A stretch of 63,100 bases of DNA, counting the filler, from Candidatus Hydrogenedentota bacterium (GTDB lineage: Bacteria > JBFMHD01), in NCBI GenBank assembly GCA_040752395.1. It is 4 parts of 4 records of this genome, joined end to end, with 100 filler letters (N's around TTAATTAATTAA, not from the genome) between each part and the next. Parts side by side here need not be neighbours in the genome. Positions count along the whole stretch, not along the records: positions 1 to 15,862 come from JBFMHD010000050.1; positions 15,963 to 31,781 come from JBFMHD010000051.1; 2 more parts are not named here. One strand, written 5' to 3'. The notes below the pieces were generated by a model that saw only the letters and a list, made by a program, of their open reading frames with translations, searched no databases and had not been told where the DNA came from. The translations under genes were made by a program, and so were the position numbers. Below are positions 10,168 to 20,847 of this stretch, piece by piece; positions within the stretch are counted from its first letter, which is position 1, and each line of letters starts with the position of its first letter.

Positions 10168-11475
10168 TCATCTCAAAATAGGACCATCATGGATGGATGA
10201 GCCTATAATCTGCTTTAAATTATAACTAAATAAGGTTTTTAATCTTTTCCAATCCCCTTTCTTTATTATTAGAAGTTCATTTATTTCTGCATTTTTAAAT
10301 CTTATATAAAAAAATATCATAATGACCATAACTATAAAATTACTTATAATATATGAGAAAATAATCCCATATATAAAGTATAAATACCCAAATACAGAAT
10401 AAAATATTAAAAGAATCATACAATGTATTGCTGTTATCAGTGAGACAAGACCAGCTTTCCCATTGCCGAGAAGATTTGCAGATATTATTCTTACTGGAAC
10501 CATTGCTATCACACCTATTATTATATAATTGAAATAAATAATACTCTTATAAAAGGTATCTCCAAAGAAAATCGGCACAATAATAGGCATTATATAATAA
10601 TATACAGTCACAATAACTATAGATATAAAAAATATGTTTCGAAGCATCAACCGTGTAATATCTTCTTTCTCTCCTTTTGCTTCGCTACTTTGTATTCTTA
10701 AAAGAATTATTCTTACCGAATCCGGGAGCAGCCATATCGTTTCTGCGATAAGCAACGCTACTGAATATAATCCAACCTCTGACTTATTGCAGTATAAATT
10801 TATAAAATAATAAGCTGTTCGGTTAATTAAGAGTTGAAAAAACACTCCTACCTGCGATTTAAAACCCCATATTAGAGTATTCTTATAAACCTTCCAGTCA
10901 ATTTTAAAAACATATTTCTTTTCTTTTAAGTTAGACAAAATATAGAATATCTCAACAGCATACGAAAGACACCAAAATGCTATCACTCTATTAACATTGC
11001 TTATAATAAATTCTTTAAAAAATATTAATGTTGTTAAAAAGGTTATCGACCTTATAACCAGCGAAAAATTAAAAAATTTTGTTTCGGCGTCCACAATGAA
11101 TAGTCTTAAAAGTATCGTTTCCACACTGACCCAGAAAATACCTAAAAAATAGATAACTATATTGAATCTATGAACTTTTTCCATTATTATAGCGCATAAT
11201 ATTGTCAGAAAGAAAATAATTGATAGATGAAAAAAAGTATTGCTCTTTATTTTTGAGTGAATATCTGGTATTGATCCTGTTTTACCTGAAAAATAAATAT
11301 TGGCATTTGAAAGCCCGCAATCAAATATCATCGAAATAACAGCTATATCCAGAGTAAACAGAGCAAAATATCCTTTACCCGAGGGCCCCAACCATCTCGC
11401 AATAAGAACATTTGTAATGAAACCCACCACTAAAATAATTATGCGCGTTATAAAAAATATTATACTATCTTTCAT
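10168..11475 (-). CDS. wzx: Wzx-like oligosaccharide flippase
   Basis: ARWLGPSGKG, VGLYSVA motifs, many transmembrane segments. Confidence 0.85.
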   Translation of the reverse strand: MKDSIIFFITRIIILVVGFITNVLIARWLGPSGKGYFALFTLDIAVISMIFDCGLSNANIYFSGKTGSIPDIHSKIKSNTFFHLSIIFFLTILCAIIMEKVHRFNIVIYFLGIFWVSVETILLRLFIVDAETKFFNFSLVIRSITFLTTLIFFKEFIISNVNRVIAFWCLSYAVEIFYILSNLKEKKYVFKIDWKVYKNTLIWGFKSQVGVFFQLLINRTAYYFINLYCNKSEVGLYSVALLIAETIWLLPDSVRIILLRIQSSEAKGEKEDITRLMLRNIFFISIVIVTVYYYIMPIIVPIFFGDTFYKSIIYFNYIIIGVIAMVPVRIISANLLGNGKAGLVSLITAIHCMILLIFYSVFGYLYFIYGIIFSYIISNFIVMVIMIFFYIRFKNAEINELLIIKKGDWKRLKTLFSYNLKQIIGSSIHDGPILR

Positions 11476-12716
11476 ATATCTTTATTATACTTATTTTTTA
11501 AATATCTTCCATAAACAACCGCTCCCATAACCCAGAAATGGAAAAGAACAAAGTGATGACCAGATGCCAACCCCTGTAGCAAACTCGATATCATCCCAAA
11601 ACTTATAAGCGTATACAAAATATGTCTGTTTTCTAAACTAAACCCTGTTTTAATTATAAATAAAAATATGCCTATAAACGAGCTCAACCCAAATATCCCG
11701 CGTTCACTTAATATGTCAAGAAACCAATTATGGATAGTCGTCCCGATCCCGTATGCCCCACGGCCACAAATGAATGATGTTAACGTCATCGTATCAAAAA
11801 ATAGGCTATAAAATCTTATTCTATCCTTATACGAATTTGTGTGTGTTATAAACAGGTAACTATCCCATCTCACTGCTGTATCGATACATAGAGGAACAAT
11901 AAAAATAAAAAGTATCGCGACCACAAAAATAATTTTATTAATTTTGAATTTCTTTTTCATATTCACAATAAAACTTATTAATATAATCAATAGCAAACTT
12001 ACAATCCCCATCTTGACTTTGGTATAAAAAAGCATAAAAACTGATATTAGAAACAAAAAAAATACTTTTTTATAATTTCTACTGAATGCATAATAGTAAT
12101 ACATCGCCGATAGAAACAAAAGATAGTTCGTAGAATGATACTCACGCGTAAAAAGCAACCTGTACCATAATTTTTCTCTATCAAATATTATCACGAAAAT
12201 AGCATACGCTATATGAATGATAAACGACGCGATTAGTAAATCGAATATAATCTCTTCCTTAACTTCAATAAATGAAAATAATATGGAAACGATTAAAAAT
12301 ATATAGAATAACGAGAAATAGTTTAATATAAACCTTATATTACTTTTAGCCGGCTGACAATAGATGTACGGCAGAAAACCCGATATAATGAAAATTATGC
12401 TTAGCATAAAAACCGGTTCTAAAAAATATCTTGATATTTTTTTACCGTATTGTAATAGTAGATATATGGTTGAGAACACGGCAACTATATGAAGCGGTTT
12501 GATGTAAAAATCAAAACGTTCTATAAAGAAACTACCACTGCCTTCAAAAAATGATAATATAACAGCCATATAAACTATATACGAATTCCTATAATATATT
12601 AATGCAAAAACAAATAACCAGAATATAATTTTTACATATATATTTTCTATGAATAAAATTCCTATTGTTATAATTAAAGTATATCTGATTTCCTTTAAGG
12701 TATCTATTAAAGGCAT
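11472..12716 (-). CDS. O-antigen polymerase/ligase-like membrane protein
   Basis: Polytopic; GRGAYG...HNWFLDILSERGIFG (Wzy_C-like). Confidence 0.75.
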   Translation of the reverse strand: MPLIDTLKEIRYTLIITIGILFIENIYVKIIFWLFVFALIYYRNSYIVYMAVILSFFEGSGSFFIERFDFYIKPLHIVAVFSTIYLLLQYGKKISRYFLEPVFMLSIIFIISGFLPYIYCQPAKSNIRFILNYFSLFYIFLIVSILFSFIEVKEEIIFDLLIASFIIHIAYAIFVIIFDREKLWYRLLFTREYHSTNYLLFLSAMYYYYAFSRNYKKVFFLFLISVFMLFYTKVKMGIVSLLLIILISFIVNMKKKFKINKIIFVVAILFIFIVPLCIDTAVRWDSYLFITHTNSYKDRIRFYSLFFDTMTLTSFICGRGAYGIGTTIHNWFLDILSERGIFGLSSFIGIFLFIIKTGFSLENRHILYTLISFGMISSLLQGLASGHHFVLFHFWVMGAVVYGRYLKNKYNKDI

Positions 12717-12775
12717 AGATTATATATTTAATATATTTTCTTGTTTAATCAATCTATTTTTTATAGAAATCACTT

Positions 12776-13852
12776 ATGAATAAGGACAGATTATCACAGG
12801 TTTCAAAATCTCTTATCATTCTATGGTTTCTATCTATCCCGCTCTCTATTACATTAGCTGATACACTCTTTACGATTTTAATTTTTCTTTCGTTATTTAA
12901 AATTAAATCTTCCGGTTTTTTAAAAAATTATTGGCCTACCTGGCTCTTTTTATCGGTGATAATTATAATCTCATTATTCGCACCAGATAGCTTGCTTGCT
13001 TTGAAAAGATCCAAAAGGTTTCTGTCATTTTTAATTATTATTCCTATTTCAATATTTGATTTTTCAATAAACGATTTTAAAAAATTATCTTTGATGTTTT
13101 TAGTAGAAATACTGGTGCTTGAAATTATATCAATTGTTTTTAAAAATTACGACCAAAGTTCCAGACTCTATATGGCTATCCACCCTCTACACCCAGGCCT
13201 CTTTGGCTCTTTGATGGGTTTTGCTATCTTAAATGTCTTGTCCAAAAATGTTAAATATCTTAAATTACTTGTTATTGTTATACTACTTTTTGGAATCTAT
13301 AAAACTCAAAGCAGGATTACTTTTATTTTATTAGTATTTCTTTTACCATATATTTTATATAAAAATAAACTTAATTATAAAATAATATCCGGAATACTTG
13401 TTTTAATGATTTTCTTTATTATTATGATCTTAATATCAAGATATAAACTTTATATTAATACAATTGATGACCCGAGTTTAAAGATGCGTTTCATCTTATG
13501 GAAGATGGGTCTTATGATGTTTCTCGATAATTGGCTTTGGGGTGTTGGTCCGGGACATATCGAATCTGTATATAATAAATATGCTTTTGATTGGTTAAAA
13601 ACCTCTTTATGGGATGACCTCCATTCTGATTATATCCAGATTTTAGTAGAATATGGTATAATCGGATTTTTAAGTTACATATCCTATATTTTTTTTACGT
13701 TAAAATGTTCTTATAAACTCTCTTGTAACTATTTTCTTTTATTAATATTTATTTTATTATGTGGATGTTTTCAATTGATGTTATTTTCATCACTATTCAA
13801 CAGAATCATAGCTTTTGTTTCAGGGGTAATTATATACTGCTCCTCTGATTAG
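12776..13852 (+). CDS. O-antigen ligase family protein
   Basis: TQSR, R..LWK.G..MF.DN..WGVGPG, LHSDYIQILVEYGIIG. Confidence 0.85.
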   Translation: MNKDRLSQVSKSLIILWFLSIPLSITLADTLFTILIFLSLFKIKSSGFLKNYWPTWLFLSVIIIISLFAPDSLLALKRSKRFLSFLIIIPISIFDFSINDFKKLSLMFLVEILVLEIISIVFKNYDQSSRLYMAIHPLHPGLFGSLMGFAILNVLSKNVKYLKLLVIVILLFGIYKTQSRITFILLVFLLPYILYKNKLNYKIISGILVLMIFFIIMILISRYKLYINTIDDPSLKMRFILWKMGLMMFLDNWLWGVGPGHIESVYNKYAFDWLKTSLWDDLHSDYIQILVEYGIIGFLSYISYIFFTLKCSYKLSCNYFLLLIFILLCGCFQLMLFSSLFNRIIAFVSGVIIYCSSD

Positions 13853-13865
13853 AATGGTCAGGTCA

Positions 13866-13917
13866 AAATGTGCCGAAAATTTACTAAAAAATGTCTCGAC
13901 AAACGGGGAGCACTACA
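13866..13917. repeat. 52-bp dispersed repeat, copy 1
   Basis: Reverse complement of 63049-63100 with 1 mismatch. Confidence 0.9.
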
Positions 13918-13960
13918 CCTCTTTAATATTGTGGTATCTTATCTATAAAGAAAAGCCAAA

Positions 13961-15715
13961 TCAATCAGGCACATAGATAATGCGCCAGTCGACTTCCTCG
14001 TGCCACGATGGCTGGTTTTCTTTGTTTAAAATAAATGGTCCCAATACAAGCGTATCCATATGCGTGCGCATAAAACAACGATACGCATCCTCAGGGGTAC
14101 AAACTATGGGCTCACCCCGGACATTAAATGAGGTGTTGATTATTACCGGACACTTTGTACGTTTTTCGAACTCCTTGAGTAAATCATAATATATCGGGTT
14201 CTGCTTTCTGTTTATTGTCTGGATTCTTGCGGAATTGTTAACGTGTGTTATTGAAGGGACCGCTCTTTGCTTATCCTCTCGTATCTCCTTTCTTACATCA
14301 GCAACAAGGAGCATATATGGGCTCGGTCTATCAAGCTCAAAATATTCATTGACTCTTTCTTCAAGCACAGTTGGTGCAAACGGCCTGAAACTTTCTCTGA
14401 ACTTTATTTTAAGATTTACTTTCTGCCAGTTCTCTTTGTTTCTTGCATCTGCTAAGATACTTCGCGTTCCAAGCGACCTCGGTCCAAACTCCATCCTGCC
14501 AGTAAGCCAGCCAACTACGTGCTGTTTCTCAATCCTTTCTGCTACCTCTTTTATTAATTCATCGTACTCATACTCCCTGTAAACAGCCTTGAACTTCTTC
14601 AGTGTCTTTAATATCTCTTCTTTTGAGAACTCGGGTCCTAAAAATACATCAGTCAATGGTTCAGGTCTTGGTAATCTAAGTGTTCCGCAATTAACAACAA
14701 GTGCAGCACCAAGCGCACCGCCAGCATCTCCGGCTGCTGGCTGAATAAATATATCATCATAACCAGCTCGTCTTAATATCTCGCCGTTTGCTACACAATT
14801 TAGTGCAACACCACCAGCTAAACATAAATACCTCATCCCGGTCTCTTTTCTTAAATTTATAGCCATCTTTAACATAATCTCCTCTGTTACTCTCTGGAGA
14901 CTTGCTGCCATATCTTTATGAAATTGAGTAAGTTCAGTCTCAGGGATACGCGGGGGCTGACCAAAGAGCTTATCAAAATTTTCATTAGTCATTTTAAGAC
15001 CATAATCATAAGCAAAATATCTCATATTCATTTTAATACTGCCATCTTCTTTTACATCAATCAATTCGTTCATTATCTTATCCACATATTTAGGCTCACC
15101 ATACGGAGCTAATCCCATAACTTTATATTCTGCACTGTTAACTTTGAACCCGAGATAATATGTAAAAGCACTGTATAATAATCCTAATGAATGCGGAAAC
15201 CTCAGTTCACGGCGTATCTCTATATCTAAATCTTTGCCTATACCCTCTGTCGAGGTTGCCCATTCACCCACACCATCTATAGTTAATATCGCAGCTTCTT
15301 TATAAGGCGAGACATAGAACGCACTTGCTGCATGGGATAAATGATGGTTCGAAAAAAGTAATTCTCCCTCATAATTTAATTCGTCCCGTATTAGATTGGC
15401 TATCCACAATTTCTCCTGTATCCAGACAGGTATAGCTTTTAAATACGATTTCAAAGATCTGGGCCAGGTAGCAAAATATGTTTGTAATAATCTTTCAAAT
15501 TTTATAAATGGTTTATCATAAAAAACTACATAATCTAAATCTTCGCCAGTGAGATTCCCTTCTTTTAAACAATACTTTATAGCATTATGTGGAAACCCTT
15601 CATCATGTTTTTTTCGGGTGAATCGTTCTTCCTGCGAGGCTGCAATTATTTTACTATCTCTAATTAACGCAGCAGCTGAATCATGATAATAACACGAGAT
15701 ACCTAAAATGTTCAT
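13961..15715 (-). CDS. Carbamoyltransferase (NodU/CmcH family)
   Basis: HDSAAA, EERFTRKKHD, HHLSHAASAF, KFRESFRPFAP, NTSFNVRGEPIV. Confidence 0.95.
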   Translation of the reverse strand: MNILGISCYYHDSAAALIRDSKIIAASQEERFTRKKHDEGFPHNAIKYCLKEGNLTGEDLDYVVFYDKPFIKFERLLQTYFATWPRSLKSYLKAIPVWIQEKLWIANLIRDELNYEGELLFSNHHLSHAASAFYVSPYKEAAILTIDGVGEWATSTEGIGKDLDIEIRRELRFPHSLGLLYSAFTYYLGFKVNSAEYKVMGLAPYGEPKYVDKIMNELIDVKEDGSIKMNMRYFAYDYGLKMTNENFDKLFGQPPRIPETELTQFHKDMAASLQRVTEEIMLKMAINLRKETGMRYLCLAGGVALNCVANGEILRRAGYDDIFIQPAAGDAGGALGAALVVNCGTLRLPRPEPLTDVFLGPEFSKEEILKTLKKFKAVYREYEYDELIKEVAERIEKQHVVGWLTGRMEFGPRSLGTRSILADARNKENWQKVNLKIKFRESFRPFAPTVLEERVNEYFELDRPSPYMLLVADVRKEIREDKQRAVPSITHVNNSARIQTINRKQNPIYYDLLKEFEKRTKCPVIINTSFNVRGEPIVCTPEDAYRCFMRTHMDTLVLGPFILNKENQPSWHEEVDWRIIYVPD

Positions 15716-15720
15716 AATCT

Positions 15721-15862
15721 TCCTCTGAAAAACGCTGTAACTCTAATAATTCGGGCTACAGGCTACGGGCTACGGACTACAGCCGGCTGGAGCCCGAAGC
15801 CCGGAATCTGCTGAAAAGTCTTGAGTCTTGAGTCTTGAGTCTCGAGTCCTGTTTTGACTCAC
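15721..15862 (-). mobile_element. Modular heptamer element, cut by contig end
   Basis: TCCTCTGAAAAAC end, (GGCTACR)n and (GTCTTGA)n blocks; reverse-complement homolog at 47583-47731. Confidence 0.8.
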
Positions 15863-15962
15863 NNNNNNNNNNNNNNNNNNNNNNNNNNNNNNNNNNNNNN
15901 NNNNNNTTAATTAATTAANNNNNNNNNNNNNNNNNNNNNNNNNNNNNNNNNNNNNNNNNNNN
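15863..15962. other. Artificial contig spacer
   Basis: 100 nt of N with central TTAATTAATTAA (stop codons in all six frames). Confidence 0.97.
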
Positions 15963-17175
15963 AGCATACGCAGACTTTAATCGTTCGCTCTGGCAGTATA
16001 GAAAACCTATTCTATCGTTACCGAACTCGGAATTTACAGAATGGCTTGTTGATTATCAGGTATATAATCGTTGTGGAAAAGATTTGTTGAGTTTACGATT
16101 AATTGATGAGAATGGTTCAGAGGTAGCGTATGTAATAAAAAGAAGGCCACCTGATTTAAAAATAAATTATATTATTTCACAGATTACAGATTTTACACGA
16201 GGTAAAGATTATATAAGATTTGAGATAGATACAGGTAGAAACCAGCAGTTTCATAACTATATAGAATTCTCGATAAAAAAAGAAGAATATCATATTCCTG
16301 TAACTATTGAAGGTAGCAGTGACCAGCAGAACTGGAAGGTTTTACGCGATAAGGCTTATATTTTGCGATACCAGACAGACCATCCTGTTTCTGGCAATGA
16401 ACTATATTACACCCAGTCTAATCTTAGATTTTTACGGATAACTTTTAAAAGCAGTCTATTAAAAGAAGAAAATTTGATCTCTGTAAGGATTGCCAGGGTA
16501 ATTAAAGAGAGCGGAGAACTTGTTGAACGTAAATTTACCAAAATCTCAGAAACCATCATTGGGGATCAATATGGTCCGGACTCTGTAATTCTACTTGATT
16601 TAGAAAAAAGAGGGTTCACTCATCAGGAATTATCACTTATCTGTGATGATAAAACTTATACGCGTATAGTAGATATTTATGATGGCGATAGTTCTAATGG
16701 GCCGTGGCAGTATATCGGTACAGGGTCTATTTATAAATATGGTGGAGAAAAAAACGATATTGTTGAATATGATGAGAGTATAAAGCGCTTTATAAAAGTT
16801 GTTATACATAATTATGATGAGAGTCCTTTAACTGTAAACGTGATTTCTGTAAGAGGGGTGCCGAGATATATTGTTTTTCCTACTATTACTATTTCGCATC
16901 CTGAATTTTTATATTATTGTAATAATAAAGCTCGTATGCCGATATACGATTTCAGCAGAGAATGTGAAAAGAAATCAGAGATACCAGAAGCCAGTCCCGC
17001 AGAACTTGGTAACGAAGAACCGAACCCATATTTTAAAGGCGAAATAATAGAAAAACCGTTCTGTGAACGTTACCCGTGGGTGATCTATATCGCTCTCGGT
17101 TCTGGTATAATCATTCTTGGACTTATAGCAGCTCTATTGATGAAACCACAACCACCAACATCATCTCCACACTAA
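15963..17175 (+). CDS. DUF3999-like exported protein with C-terminal membrane anchor (5' truncated)
   Basis: Frame is open back to the contig start (AYADFNRSLWQYRKPI...); IEGSSDQQNW, IHNYDESPL, C-terminal TM helix. Confidence 0.65.
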
Positions 17176-17188
17176 AAATGGTGAAAAA

Positions 17189-19708
17189 ATGAAAAAATAT
17201 TTTATATTAACTTCTATAATAATTTTTTTAGTTAATGCCTCATTATCGGGCCGAATAATTAATGCATCACAGGATGACATTATAAAGATTATTGAAAAAG
17301 CCAAAAAAGGGGATGTGATAAATCTTAACCCGGGTATCTATAAAACCAATCTTATCTTAAGTGATGGAATAAGTATCACTTCTATAGATAAGATTAACAC
17401 TGTTATAGAATCACAAGATACAGAAAAATACAGTATAATTAAATATGGTTCTGGTATAATAGAAAACATCACAATTATTAACGGGATTTATGCGACTAAT
17501 TCTGATGCTGTTATACAGAATAACATAATAAAAAATAGTAATCACCACGGGATCCAAACAGCATTCTTTAATGGTAAAATAATAAATAATATAATCGAGA
17601 ACAATAAATTAGATGGTATAAAATGCTATAACTCAAATGCTACAATAACAAATAATGTTATAAGCTCTAATGAAGATGATGGTATACAGGTTTTACATTC
17701 AAGTCTTGTAATAGATTCAAATCTTATTGCTAATAATCGGAACAATGGTGTGGAGTTCTGGTTTGATGATAAGACCGAGGTGAAAAATAATACTTTTATT
17801 CAAAATGAGAATGCTTTTAAATTTATAGTCGGAAATAAGAATGCTAATTTTATAGATAACACGGTTAATAATGAAGTAATAAAAGTTATTCCAGATAGAG
17901 TTGAACAAGCCAGGGATGAGATAACTAGAGAAAGACAAATAATTCCAAGTTTTATCACTGATACAGAGGGCATTAATGATGCGCTTTATTATATAATGCT
18001 TAAGCTAGCTGATTTTAATCTTGACCACCGTATTGAAAAATCCGATATAGACTTACCAGTGTTTTTAAATCTCTTTTCAAATACTCTGAATACAGGTAAA
18101 TATATAAAAGGTTTTGCAGATAAATTGTCTGAGACGGTTTGCATAAGTTATAAAATTGATAATATCTTATCTATTGATAGTCTTGCACCATTCCGCACGA
18201 TGGATGCCACGGAATGTCGCGAGATAAAACTACCTAAAAAGTATCCGCTTGAACTGAAAAATTATATAAATCAGATATATCAATTAACTGAAATGTATTA
18301 TGAAGAATACAATAAGGTTAAATCTAAATTAAAAGACGAGGAATGGGATTTTATAAACGATAAAATAAAACATATCTTTACAGTTAAAAGACCGCTAAGC
18401 CTGACTTTAAAAGAAGAACTCAGACAAAAAGATGAGGATGATAAAGAAGAATTAAAATTAAAAATGTTGTTTGAAAAAATTGATTTAACTAAACTTCAAA
18501 TCATAGGATATAATATAATTAGAATCGCTGAAAAAATTAAAGAGATAGATTTCTCTAAAATAAATAATAAGACCAATTTTAATAAAAAAACACCGTTCGG
18601 CGAGATAAGGATATGCACAGAAGATAATAACCCCCATCTTAATTCTGATTGTTTTATCTTGATTGATATATCAGGTGATGATGTGTATAAAAATAATATT
18701 GCAAACTCTAATGAAAATAAACCTGTATCTTTATATTTTGATTTAAAAGGGAATGATAACTATACATCAGATAATAATTTTGATATCGCTTCAGCTTACT
18801 TTGGCATAAGTTATATTTATGATAAAGAAGGTAATGATAGATATGTAGCCAAAAATAATTCCATCGCTGCTGCTTATTTCGGGATGAGTATAATAGATGA
18901 TAACTCAGGTGATGATTATTATGAATGTAACAACTATGGGATTTCATCTGCGATGTTTGGTGTTAGCATCCTGCAGGATTTAAATGGTAATGATGTTTAT
19001 AAAGCAGGAACATATTGCCAGGGTTTTGGACTTACAAAAGGGTATGGTATTATATTTGACAGAGAAGGGAGTGATAATTATCTGAGCGGCAATACTATGG
19101 CTGATGCTATAAGAAATGAGGCGCATAGTATTACTATGAGCCAGGGGTTTGGTTATGGGATAAGACCTCATATCTCTGGCGGACTCGGTTTGATTATTGA
19201 TAAATCAGGTAATGATTTATATAAATCAGATGTATTTGGCCAGGGAGGTGCCTATTTTCTTTCTATTGGTGGTCTTATTGATTACTCAGGTGATGATGAT
19301 TATATATCTTACAGTTACTCTCAAGGTGCTGGTGTGCATCTTGGTATAGGCGCTCTTATTGATATAGCAGGTAATGATGAATACACATCCCATAATGTCT
19401 CACAGGGTATGGGGCTTGATATGTCATTTGGTTTACTCTGCGACTTATCCGGTGATGATTTTTATAAGATCCATGATTTTGGCCAGGCTGCGGGCTATGC
19501 AAATGGCATAGGACTATTGATAGAAGAATCAGGCAACGATGCATATTTTGCTTATGGTAAAGATACCGGATACGGCGAATATTTCATAGATAGAGAGTTC
19601 GGCAGTATAGGTATATTTTACGATAAATCAGGTGATGATACCTATCAAAGAGCTAAAAATAATTCTATTCAACGAAAAGATAGATACGGTTTATTTTATG
19701 ACAAATAA
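17189..19708 (+). CDS. Secreted protein: right-handed beta-helix domain plus G(D/N)DxY repeat domain
   Basis: Signal peptide; NNII.NN..DGI repeats; about 13 DxxG(D/N)DxY repeats in the C-terminal part. Confidence 0.75.
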   Translation: MKKYFILTSIIIFLVNASLSGRIINASQDDIIKIIEKAKKGDVINLNPGIYKTNLILSDGISITSIDKINTVIESQDTEKYSIIKYGSGIIENITIINGIYATNSDAVIQNNIIKNSNHHGIQTAFFNGKIINNIIENNKLDGIKCYNSNATITNNVISSNEDDGIQVLHSSLVIDSNLIANNRNNGVEFWFDDKTEVKNNTFIQNENAFKFIVGNKNANFIDNTVNNEVIKVIPDRVEQARDEITRERQIIPSFITDTEGINDALYYIMLKLADFNLDHRIEKSDIDLPVFLNLFSNTLNTGKYIKGFADKLSETVCISYKIDNILSIDSLAPFRTMDATECREIKLPKKYPLELKNYINQIYQLTEMYYEEYNKVKSKLKDEEWDFINDKIKHIFTVKRPLSLTLKEELRQKDEDDKEELKLKMLFEKIDLTKLQIIGYNIIRIAEKIKEIDFSKINNKTNFNKKTPFGEIRICTEDNNPHLNSDCFILIDISGDDVYKNNIANSNENKPVSLYFDLKGNDNYTSDNNFDIASAYFGISYIYDKEGNDRYVAKNNSIAAAYFGMSIIDDNSGDDYYECNNYGISSAMFGVSILQDLNGNDVYKAGTYCQGFGLTKGYGIIFDREGSDNYLSGNTMADAIRNEAHSITMSQGFGYGIRPHISGGLGLIIDKSGNDLYKSDVFGQGGAYFLSIGGLIDYSGDDDYISYSYSQGAGVHLGIGALIDIAGNDEYTSHNVSQGMGLDMSFGLLCDLSGDDFYKIHDFGQAAGYANGIGLLIEESGNDAYFAYGKDTGYGEYFIDREFGSIGIFYDKSGDDTYQRAKNNSIQRKDRYGLFYDK

Positions 19709-20606
19709 ACAATTTTATAGATGTTTCTATTTTTTTATTTTAAATCTTTTTTTTAGTAGCTTAATCTTTGGCTCTGATTATAATTTTGATGATTTTGATG
19801 ATATTATCTCTTATGCGCTAAATCCAGCAACCGCTCAGAGACAGACCGCTAACTGGGCAAAAGATATACTGAATAAAGATACACCAGCTATAATAAATCT
19901 TGTAAACCATCTTAATACAACTAATCCACACTCACTCTGGGAGATTAAATATCTCCTGAAAGATATAGGTAAACCTGCGGTAGAACCATTGCTCGATTAT
20001 GTTTCAGATACAATAACCACCGGCAATCTCACAGCTATTTATGTTCTTGGTGAAATAGGTGATCACAAAGCACTTGATAAACTTTTGCAATTATTAGAAT
20101 CAGAACATCCCCCTGTCCGAAGCAATGCAGCGCTTTCTATTGGTAAAATCCCTGATGAAGTCTCTATTGATAAACTGGTAAAATTATTAAGTGATACTTA
20201 CCCGATGGTAAGAAAATCAGCTGCTGTATCTATTGGAAAGATCGCGCCAAAAAACGAAGATGTTATTTATGCATTATTAGAAAACGTTGATGATACTTAT
20301 TATTTTGTCAGATTCTCTGTTTGTGAAGCCATACAGAAATTTGATACAGAAATATTAACTAATGTCTTATTAACAGAGATAAAAAACACAAAAGATACCG
20401 AAACTTTAAGATTAATTATGAGGATACTATCAGGCTCTAATATAAACTCTAATGAAATCTTAAATATAGTAAGAGAGATATTTTATACCACACAGGATGA
20501 GTTAATAGCTGAATATTCACTTGCAATATTGCCGAATAGTAGTAATCTAAAAAATGAATTTTATAAAAAATTCAGGCGGTATCCTTATGAGAAAGAGAGA
20601 AAGTAA
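19698..20606 (+). CDS. HEAT-repeat protein, probably exported
   Basis: LGEIGD, VRSNAALSIGKI, VRKSAAVSIGKI; ATG at 19698 precedes a signal-like segment. Confidence 0.8.
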   Translation: MTNKQFYRCFYFFILNLFFSSLIFGSDYNFDDFDDIISYALNPATAQRQTANWAKDILNKDTPAIINLVNHLNTTNPHSLWEIKYLLKDIGKPAVEPLLDYVSDTITTGNLTAIYVLGEIGDHKALDKLLQLLESEHPPVRSNAALSIGKIPDEVSIDKLVKLLSDTYPMVRKSAAVSIGKIAPKNEDVIYALLENVDDTYYFVRFSVCEAIQKFDTEILTNVLLTEIKNTKDTETLRLIMRILSGSNINSNEILNIVREIFYTTQDELIAEYSLAILPNSSNLKNEFYKKFRRYPYEKERK

Positions 20607-20847
20607 AAAGATTAAGAAGCTAAAACAGATAGCCACTGAATTAATCTACGAAGACGAAGCCTTTATCGAGATTTTAAGATTAAGAATCAAGGATGAAGAT
20701 AAGATACGAGAGATACTAAAAGACCTGTTAAAAAAAGCTATAAGATTGGTATATAAAGCCAGAGGGCTATCAAATAAAGAAGCATATAATTTTTTATATA
20801 GAAAAATAAAAAGATTAAAAGAGAGGGTAATTTTAAAGCTTACTTAA
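20587..20847 (+). CDS. Hypothetical basic protein
   Basis: ORF overlapping the upstream stop; no motif recognised. Confidence 0.5.
   Translation: MRKRESKKIKKLKQIATELIYEDEAFIEILRLRIKDEDKIREILKDLLKKAIRLVYKARGLSNKEAYNFLYRKIKRLKERVILKLT

Noticed and set aside
15721-15862. Possible CRISPR array
   Set aside because: 7-bp tandem units without spacers; no regularly spaced 25-45 bp repeats and no cas genes in the window
15863-15962. TTAATTAATTAA palindrome inside N runs (also at 31782 and 47483)
   Set aside because: Identical 100-nt artificial linker; contig lengths appear to be in decreasing order, so adjacency across gaps is not biological
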